The position numbers and the translations under genes were made by a program. From the NCBI GenBank assembly GCA_951406725.2, contig OX597824.1, positions 97,960,001-98,024,000 on the forward strand: a stretch of DNA of 64,000 bases, read 5' to 3'. The notes under the pieces were generated by a model. That model was not told the origin of the DNA, did not search any database, and saw only the letters and a list, made by a program, of their open reading frames with translations. How positions within the stretch are numbered: position 1 is the stretch's first letter; each line of letters begins with the position of its first letter. This document shows positions 54,212-64,000 of the stretch, in pieces. Source of the DNA: Octopus vulgaris. Its lineage: Eukaryota.

Positions 54212-54615
54212 TCCGAAGCCTGAAATATTGGAACACCAGCAGAGACCGATATTGTTAAGTTTCGATAGCCTGGCATCGATATTGGCTTTCAAGAATATCT
54301 AAAACACGCTCGCGCGCACGCACATTCTTGCATACTTCTACACTGACATACTGTACTCAGAGTTTCCCGGCAAGCCATGGATGTGACGTCATCCGACTTC
54401 CGGTCAGTAAACTACGCATGTGCTGAGGTTTGTCAGCGTTCGTCTGGAGCTGGAACAATTGATGGACTCTTAGTTCTACTGTGTGTCAGTGTTCCATGTT
54501 TGTGCAATAAATTAAACCCGCAACTCAAATTTCAAATTTCTATGATATTGAGGTCGACTTCAATCGTTTTGAGCAATAGGGAAACGAAAACTCTGGCTTG
54601 TATTTCTATTTCACA

Positions 54616-54682
<67 letters not shown>

Positions 54683-54696
54683 ATATATATATATAT

Positions 54697-54747
<51 letters not shown>

Positions 54748-55028
54748 TTTATATATATATATATATATATTTATATATAGAAAGAGAGAGAGAGAGAGGC
54801 TGACAGACAGAAGGAGAGATAAAGACACTCACATAGGCATATAGGCACATAAACGTATATGATATATACAAGCGCGCGCGTATGCACACACACATATGCA
54901 TATATATATATATACATGCATATATATATGTGGGGGGTGTATACAGATACAAGTATGTTTATAAATATATTCTTTAATATGTTTCAGCCCTAAGGCTATG
55001 CCCATGCTGGAGCACTAACTATATTGAT

Positions 55029-55246
55029 TTCTTTATTGTCCACAGGTGGCTAAACATAGAAGGGACAAGCAAGGACAGACAAACGGATTAAGTCGATTAC
55101 TTCGACCCCAGTGTGTAACTGGTACTTATTTAATCGACCCCGAAAGGATAAAAGGCAAAGTCGACCTCGGCGGAATTTGAACTCTGAACGTAACGGCAGA
55201 CGAAATGCCGATATGCATTTCGCCCGGCGTGCAAACGATTCTACCG
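55029..55246 (-). mobile_element. SINE family A monomer, tail 1
   Basis: 14-bp TSD ctaactatattgat at 55015-55028 and 55247-55260. Confidence 0.92.
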
Positions 55247-55317
55247 CTAACTATATTGATATGTATATACGTATATAGTATGTACACATGCATGCAAATG
55301 TGTCTGTGTATGTAGGT

Positions 55318-55527
55318 TTCAGGTTTTGGCACAAGGCCAGCAATTTCGGGGGAAGGGTAAGTGGATTACAGCGACCCCCAGTTCTCAACCGATGTTTGTT
55401 TTAATGACCATGAAAGGATGAAAGGCAAAGACGACCTTGGCGGATTTGAACTCAGAACGTAAGGACCGACGAAACACCGCAAAGTATTTTGCGCCTAGCG
55501 TGCTAACGATTCGACCAGCTCGCCTTA
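55318..55527 (-). mobile_element. SINE family A, tail aaattgctggccttgtgccaaaa
   Basis: Reverse complement of the A head and core. Confidence 0.88.
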
Positions 55528-55547
55528 TTGATATGTATATATGTATA

Positions 55548-55636
<89 letters not shown>

Positions 55637-55828
55637 ATGTATGTATGTATGTATGCATGTATGTATGTATGCATGTATGTATGCATGTATGTATGTATGT
55701 ATGTATGTATGTATGTATGTATGTATGTATGTATGTATGTATGTGCATGTGTGTATACCTGTCGGGGATTGTGTAAGAGTAAATACATACATCTACGTAT
55801 GCGTATGTGTGCGTGTATTAAAGAGACA

Positions 55829-55876
<48 letters not shown>

Positions 55877-56556
55877 AGGAAAGGAAAAGTGAAGGAAGTG
55901 AGACGTAGCAAATGGCGCTGTTATTGCTGTCGACGTCCATTGGCGAAATGTCGTGTCCCTGGTCTCCATGGAACCGACGAGTATAAAGGCTCTACCCATT
56001 TGTACCCGGACTTTGTAAGAAGCTGGGCGTGGGTAATTAGCGATGGAGTGTAGGACAGCTGTCATTCGCATTAACCCCCTGCTGGGGTAACTTTTATTAG
56101 TAAAACTACCCACCAGTTTATAGACCCTCACCTCCCCCAGCGCCCTCTCTTTTACTTGGGTCTATATGAAGTAACCAGACAGACAATGGAGGTTTTGTAC
56201 CCTAGATTTATCTGCTAGAAATGATAGCCAAGCCTTCCTCAAATCACAACTTATCGTGTTTAATACGTTAAACATACATTGGTTACTGTTAATTTAAATA
56301 CCCAACCCGTAAAAAAGATGGTCAATGCTAGAGAGGATAAGTCTACCAAGGCATTGGTTTGCTTGCTGCCATTCGTCGGACTGTCCAACAAAGATTAGCA
56401 AACCGAAACTTCGAAGTTACTATCACAACTCTTCTTGTAAACGTATGATATATATGGAATTTATAAAAAGATTTTAGTAATTCTTCATTTTAATGTTAAA
56501 TTGTTTTTCGTAATTCGACATAAAAACAAACCTGGCAAAATGACTCTCCCAATAAT

Positions 56557-56621
<65 letters not shown>

Positions 56622-56804
56622 CATACATACATACATACATACATACATTTATATTCATATACATAATACGCATATATATACACACATATATATATTTAAT
56701 ATTTATTCATTTATGTGTATATATATAACGCATACATATATATACATATACACATATTTATCTGCACATAAACATATATGCATGTATGGATTTGCGTGTA
56801 TGTT

Positions 56805-56844
<40 letters not shown>

Positions 56845-57705
56845 TGTGTGTGGGCGCGCGGGCGAGCGTGTGTGTATGTGTGTAATGCACTTTTCCGTTG
56901 CAAATGTCACATGACCACTCAACAACCAATCGTCTGTGAGCTGACCTTTAACTAGCACCTTGCACCAACGTCCTTTGCCTGCTCCCCCCTCTTTCTCTTT
57001 CACTTCATTACTACAGGACGGCGTTAAATATCAAATAACGACCTTACTGGACAAATGTTGTTGAGTGCAAATCCTAGATGACTCTCCCTCTCTCTCTCTC
57101 CTAATTGAGTAACATGGATATGTGCTCAGTCTGCCACCTGCCGGGCACATAATGGCACACGTTCGAAACTGCAGGGATGCAGCACACAAACAGATCGATA
57201 TCGATATCCTTTGCCATCGCAGTCCTATCCTCAAACCAAACCCTGGTCCGTCCAGATGTTTGCAACTCAGTGAGCTCCACTAAAAGCACCCGGAATTGCC
57301 AAAGAATCAAGTCTACCCAAATAGGCCAAAGCAAGATTTGAACTCAGAATGCAAACATCCAGTACAGGTACAGCAAGGCATCCACTCCGACGTTCTTGCA
57401 GTTCCACAATTTCGTGGCCCAAGACTCATCAGATTTTATCTGCAATCAAAGAATGAAACGCAAAGAGAACCACGGCTGGGATTTGATCTCAGAGCACTGT
57501 TGGTACAAATACCACAAAGCATTTTATCGATGCTCTACCGAGTCTGGCTGTTCACGTGATTCTACTAAACTGCATATTACAAGTTGCGCTCATGCTCCAG
57601 TTCATTATATACATATGTGTACGCGCGTGTATATATATGTACACACACACACGCACACATATACACACACACATGTATGTACATGTATATACATACATAC
57701 ATACA

Positions 57706-57738
<33 letters not shown>

Positions 57739-57747
57739 GTATGTATT

Positions 57748-58250
57748 TAATGATTTGGGATAGAGAAGAGAAACTGTGCACAGTTGAGGAAATTAGCTGC
57801 CCAGCGGATGTTAACATAAAGCTGAAGATCAGTGAAAAAGAGAACACCTTTGTTGAGCTGTAGAGAAATCTGCAGTTATTCTATCCAGGTTACTAGATCG
57901 GGTTTATACCAGTAATTATTGGGGCCCTGGGATATGTAAAGCACTGCCCAAATACCAATCTTGATAAATTAAGCTTCTCAACATCAGAAAGGAGAAACCT
58001 AATTCGAAGACTACAGATCCAATCCATCACTGGAACTGTAAAAGTCTGTAAAACTTTCCAGAAGTTTATCATGTTTAGATATGCAAATATATGTATGAGA
58101 ATACATACATAAAACAAAACATACAAATCTGCACATACATACATACATGCATGCATACATACACACATACATACATACATACATACATACATACATACAT
58201 ACATACATACATACATACACACATACATGCATGCATGCATGCATGCATAG

Positions 58251-58281
<31 letters not shown>

Positions 58282-58471
58282 CATACATACATACATACAT
58301 ACATACATACATACATGCATGCATGCATGCATACATACATACATACATACATACATACATACATACATACATACATACATACAAAAAGACCCAATGAAGG
58401 AGCCTTGAATCTAGTTTAGAAAGCAGTTTTTCTCTATTGGCAAGAAATGTTGAAATAAACTGAATAATGAC
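57748..58471 (+). mobile_element. R4/Dong-type LINE 3' end, same family as 18293-19053
   Basis: MIWDREEKLCTVEEISCPADVNIKLKISEKENT...IPVIIGALGYV...KTFQKFI. The 3'UTR has an expanded (CATA)n and the same ctgaataatgac end. Confidence 0.92.
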
Positions 58472-59246
58472 ATATATACATACTCACATGCAGATATATA
58501 TATATATACATATACAAAGGTATATATATATACATATACATTCGCATACACACAAATACAAATGTATATGTAAACAAATGCGTGTGTCTGTGTGTGTCCG
58601 CGTTTGGCTATACAAATGCAGAACTCGGCACAATCTAGTCTATATATGTTCATTCAAAGTTGGTCAACCACTTCGTTCCTCATCTGTTTCTCTCGACATG
58701 AAATAACTCGGGTGACAAAGCGATATATGAACGATTCTTTGAAATAAAGGTACGAGGCGTCAAATGACTTGATTTTCATTGGTCGGCTCCTGTCAGGTGC
58801 TAAGTCTACGGAGAATGTATGAGTGGCAGGTTGTTCCCGTATGAGAGGTCGTCGGATTTCTGTAGAGATGGTCTGTCTGAGTATCACTTGTACAAGAGGG
58901 GCAGATATGATAAAGGAGCCGGTATAATCAGGTAAAACTGCGGAAGGATTAGAGATATTACCGTGTGTCTTTTGGCGGTTTACGGTTGTGATGGATGCTT
59001 GGTGTGCAGTTGAAGTTTTTTCTGAAGAAATTTCGATTTATGTCTACACGTGAAGAATTTCTCAGATTTTCTGCCTTCCTTTCAAAATGTTCTTTTCTGT
59101 CAAGCATAAATTGCCACTGTTTGGTAAATTTAAACAGGAGCTTGCAGTTTCGATTATATTGCGGTTAATAGAGAGGCGTTTAGCTTCCAAATGTATTAGG
59201 ACAGATATGGTCACGTACACATGGTCACACACACATGTACTGTGTG

Positions 59247-59344
<98 letters not shown>

Positions 59345-59790
59345 TGTGTGTGTGTGCGTGTGTGCTATTAGAGGTTGATGCTTGTGTAAATAAACATCTG
59401 TGTAGCTGTGAGTAAAGAGGTTTGGTGGAATTGTCAAAGACAGAGAGAAATAGAGACGGATATAGTGACAGATAAGAGGGGAAGAGAGACAGAGGGATAA
59501 AGTGACAGACGTGGTTAGAGAGAGATGGAAAACAGAGAGGAGGAAGAGTGAATATGAGGGAGACTGAAGCATCGAGAGTATGAGACAGACAGACAGACAG
59601 AACGATAGATAGATACTGTAAGGAAATGAAAGATTACAATGAACGAGGGAATGAGAATGAAGGAGGGATAATGAAAGAGAAGGAAGGAGTGTGTATGTGT
59701 AAGTAATGAGAAGGATGAGGAATAATGGACGTACATGAATGAAACGGGGGTAGGTAGAATGAAAAGGAACAATGAAAAGTATGGAAGAGT

Positions 59791-59839
<49 letters not shown>

Positions 59840-59982
59840 CGGGAGATGTGGATTACCGTAGTAAAAAAGCTAAGGAGAGGAGATAAAAGAGTGAGAGCCG
59901 TGCCTCCATCTTTGTTTTAGGGATAGACAGAGGCATAGATATATTAAGTGACACAGGGAGAGAGACATAAACGCGCATATAG

Positions 59983-60039
<57 letters not shown>

Positions 60040-61018
60040 CAAGAGAAATACACAAAGACAGAGAGTGAGAGAGAGAGCGAGAGAGTGAGAAGAAACAGAG
60101 ATGAAGAAATTATTGAAGGGGGCAAATATGCAAAAAAAAAAAGAAAAAAAGAAGAACAATATAACATAATGTAATGTGAATTAATAAAGAGGTTCGAAAT
60201 GGGGGGAATTGTGTGGGGTAAGTCGGGGTTAGGGTAGGATGGATGGCCAGACGACGCAGCAACAACAACGACAACACGATTGGATGACGGTGGGGAGGCA
60301 TGTCTGATATGTAATATGCTTGTATTGACACAGTACATACATACACATGTACATAGGCATACATGTGTGTGTGTGTGTGTGTGTGTAATAAATGAGGCTG
60401 TACGACACAAGTATGGAATAATTAATACATTACTTAAGAGTTGTCTTCTCTTTCTCTGCTCTCCTCTTATGAAAATGACCTTTCATTCTTTCTCTTTTTT
60501 TGATGGAATGGGGGTCTTTACCGTTCCCCCCACTTTTTTTTGCTCACTTTTTTCCCCTCCAAAACTGATTGTTGAGCAGACGACATGTGTCTGTTAACAA
60601 TATTGCAGCCGACAATTTTTACTCACTTTGATTGTTATCTCATCAACATCTCGCTGTCATCTCGCTGTCATCTCAGCATCCAGTTGAGCCCTAAACAGCA
60701 TGTGTTCATCTCATCCCATTGGAATTCCACTCTGTAAACGACCGGCTACATTTCCTCACAGCCATCTATCAACACCATCATCGTCACCACCGACACGGCC
60801 ACCAAATAATTACTAATCTATGAACGTTCCGTTTTTTGGGGGTTTTTTTGCTATATTTTTTTGTTCTGGTAAAATCCATTAACCTCATCAATCAAATCTT
60901 ATCTTCGAATTCTTGCAGAACCGCTGTCGTCGGCGAGAGAGACTTGTTTCTTCGCACTTTAGAATAAAGCAGACATAATACCCTCCACCAAACACACACA
61001 CAACACGTATGTAACAGA

Positions 61019-61081
<63 letters not shown>

Positions 61082-61089
61082 GTATGTGA

Positions 61090-61243
61090 ATATATATATA
61101 TATATATATATATAGTCTATCATATCCACTCAAAAGGCTTTTTGTCGTCCCCAGAATATAGTAGAAGATATTTGCCGGTGCCATGCAGTGGGGCTGAACC
61201 TGAAACCATGTGGTTAGGAAGCAAGCTTCTTACCACACAGCCG
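61090..61243 (-). mobile_element. SINE family B 5' part
   Basis: rc ggctgtgtggtaagaagcttgcttcctaaccacatggtttcaggttcagcccc. Confidence 0.8.
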
Positions 61244-61543
61244 CGAAAGATATATATATAACATATGCCCATGTATAACACATGCCATATTTGATGAAAT
61301 AGTGTTTGTGCTGCCGTTCAAGGTTTTAGAAATAGCAACCAAATCTCTCTCAGAGCACATCTTACCGACTTCAGGAAGGCAGAGTACATTATACAATATC
61401 GTCCTAACTGATCGGTCGTCGACTTCGACGATGATCATTTAGTTGCTCGACTGAAAGTTAGATGGCTGAGTACTCCACAGAAACGAGTTTCCATAACACA
61501 ATTCTCAGGCAACATCAGTGTTATGTAATATGTGATAAGGGAG

Positions 61544-61774
61544 GGCGTTGAGCTGGCAGAAAGGTTAACACGCCGGGCGAAATGCTTAGCGGTATTTCGT
61601 CCGCCGTCACGTTCTGAGTTCAAATTCCGCCGAGGTCGACTTTGCCTTTCATCCTTTCGGAGTCGATTAAATAAGTACCAGTTACGCACTGGGATCGACC
61701 TAATCGACTTAATCCCTTTGTCTGTCCATGTTTGTCCCCTCTATGTTTAGCCTCCCGTGGACAACAAAGAAATA
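61544..61774 (+). mobile_element. SINE family A monomer, tail 1
   Basis: Perfect 17-bp TSD aatatgtgataagggag at 61527-61543 and 61775-61791. Confidence 0.95.
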
Positions 61775-62275
61775 AATATGTGATAAGGGAGTTTTCAACA
61801 ACAGGAAGAATCTAGAAGAAAGAGGGGGGTGAGATAGAAGGCGGGGTAGGGGAGATACAGTTAGAGGAAAATCGATCCCAAAACTGGGATTATCTTCTCT
61901 TTATTCACCGATTCAGGAATGGTGAAAGTCAAAGCTGGCCTCTGTGGAATTTTGAATCCGAGCGTAGAAAGTCGGAAGGAAACCATAAAACATTTTATTG
62001 AAGTCGTAACGATGCTAACAACTCGTTACCTTGAACACGTTTTTTTAGATACAATATGTCTGCTAACAGGAGGCAGTCAAGTCAGGAACACGCTTCGATT
62101 CTGGGTCTGCTGGATTAAGCTTGACTTGAATAAGCAGCCACTACGACACACAGACACAACCGCTTATACATTATGCGGTGGTAGCATAAAGTCACACAGT
62201 CATAGACAAAAATCATGTATTCGTAATCCAACTGAAGCCATCTTCTCTTTTCCAGACGTAATATGTATAGGATTG

Positions 62276-62418
62276 AAGGCAGCGAGCTGGCAGAGACGTT
62301 AGCACGCCGGGCGAAATGCTTAGTGGTATTTCGTCTGCCTTTCATAATTTCGGGTTCGATAAATTATGTACCAGTTGCGATAAATTAAGTACCGGGCCTT
62401 GTGCCAAGAGTAGAAAAG
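62276..62418 (+). mobile_element. SINE family A, internally deleted, tail 2
   Basis: 16-bp TSD aatatgtataggattg at 62260-62275 and 62419-62434. Confidence 0.9.
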
Positions 62419-62502
62419 AATATGTATAGGATTGCATTGCTCAGTGTGTTTTTCTGCTTTTGGAACAAAAGAGTGTAAATGAGGAAGAAAACATATACAC
62501 CA

Positions 62503-62671
62503 TAGGTGTGGCTGTCTAGTAAGAAGTTTGCTACCGAACCCCATGAATTCGGGTTCAATCCCATTGCGTGGCACCTTGGGCGAGTGTCTTTTACTAAAGC
62601 CTTGGGACAGTCAAAGCCTTGTGAGTTGATTTAGTAGATGGAAAATGTAAGAAGCCTGTCATGGATATATA

Positions 62672-62707
<36 letters not shown>

Positions 62708-63125
62708 TGTATGTATGTATGTATGTATGTATGTCTGTATGTATGTATGTATGTGTGTGTATGTATGTATGTATGTATGTATGTATGTATGTATGTATGT
62801 ATGTATGTATGTATGTATGTATGTACGTGTATGTATGTATACGTACGTACGTACGTACGTACGTATGTATGTATGTATGTATGTATGTATGTATGTATGT
62901 ATGTACGTACGTACGTACGTACGTACGTACGTACGTATGTATGTATGTAATGTATGTATGTATGTATGTATGTAGTAGTACGTACGTACGTACGTACGTA
63001 CGTACGTATGTATGTATGGTATGTATGGTATGTATGGTATGTATGGTATGTATGGTATGTATGTATGTATGTATGTATGTATGTATGTATGTACGTACGT
63101 ACGTACGTACGTACGTATACGTATG

Positions 63126-63157
<32 letters not shown>

Positions 63158-63210
63158 TGTATGTATGTATGTATGTATGTATGTATGTACGTACGTATGT
63201 ATGTATGTAC
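62503..63210 (+). mobile_element. SINE family B 5' part followed by ~540-bp (TATG)n/(TACG)n array
   Basis: ggtgtggctgtctagtaagaag...gggttcaatccc...gcgtggcaccttgggcgagtgtctt, then the tetranucleotide array at the position of the internal microsatellite. Confidence 0.85.
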
Positions 63211-63465
63211 ACTAGGCAATGTAGTCGTCGATATACATGGGATGGTCACGGTTGAATTGTCTTTATAATTAAAGGTTTGCTCAGTCACGTTCGACCTGAC
63301 TCTAAACAATAATTACAACAATAGCAGTAAAGAAACAATTGCGACACAGCAATTCCTTTTATCTGCATGTTCTGACCATGGCCACCCCTAACAACACCAA
63401 CAACATCAAAACTAGAAAAGTGACCGCGAAATAGCTGTAGGGATATTACAATGAACAGAAAAACT

Positions 63466-63518
<53 letters not shown>

Positions 63519-64000
63519 CTCTCTCTCTCTTTCTCTTGCTCTCTCTCTCTCACACACACACACCCTCTCTCCCTTTTTCTCACACTCTCTCTGTCTTTCT
63601 CCTGACCACAAGACAGAGTTCATTCCAAACAGAAGGACACCCCAATCCCCACCCAATACTTCTACCCGAAATCGAAACCTTATTGTCTATGTGTGTGTGT
63701 ATGCATGTGTGAATCTCTATATGAGTCTGTGTATGTGCGCGTGTGTGTGTGTGCGTGCGTGCATGTGTGTGTGTATATGTCTGTTTGATCTGACTGTATG
63801 TGTATTTAGGCTCCGCCATCAACTACACCGCCGCCGCCGCCTCATATTTGCCGTATGTTGGTGCAATAAAAACCCGGTGAAAACCGGAAATGCATAATTC
63901 GAAGCCATTTGAACGCAGCCATATTGGAAGTTAAGTTGGAAGAGGAAGACAAAGGTGGCGGCGCCGGTGGTGGCGCCGGTAGTGGGGATAACAGTAGAGA

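Noticed and set aside
58680-59080. Possible Penelope or other coding relic
   Set aside because: No diagnostic motif could be read with confidence.

Overview
AT-rich, extremely microsatellite-dense eukaryotic DNA. The SINE families and repeat spectrum suggest an octopus (coleoid cephalopod) genome; this is an inference. I recognise no intact host protein-coding gene, and nearly all ORFs in the track are translations of (TA)n, (CA)n, (TATG)n or triplet repeats. The window looks intergenic or intronic and is filled with decayed mobile DNA: tRNA-derived SINEs (a Meta/MESC-domain-like family and two CORE-like families), LINE fragments (RTE, one with C2H2 fingers; Tx1/L1; R4/Dong-type; CR1 group), Penelope-like pieces, DD37D-type Tc1/mariner relics, two non-autonomous Helitrons and a hAT MITE. 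Four signals stand out. (1) Type-I hammerhead ribozyme motifs sit in short inserts within (TA)n tracts, one apparently intact at 32661-32745 (-). (2) Several fold-back elements, including a perfect 110-bp palindrome, carry only the 3' half of a hammerhead in their arms. (3) A SINE 3' tail resembles the 3' end of a Tx1 LINE, and a dimeric SINE form recurs with AATAT-starting target-site duplications. (4) (TA)n tracts appear to act as inversion pivots. All alignments and folds were done by eye.
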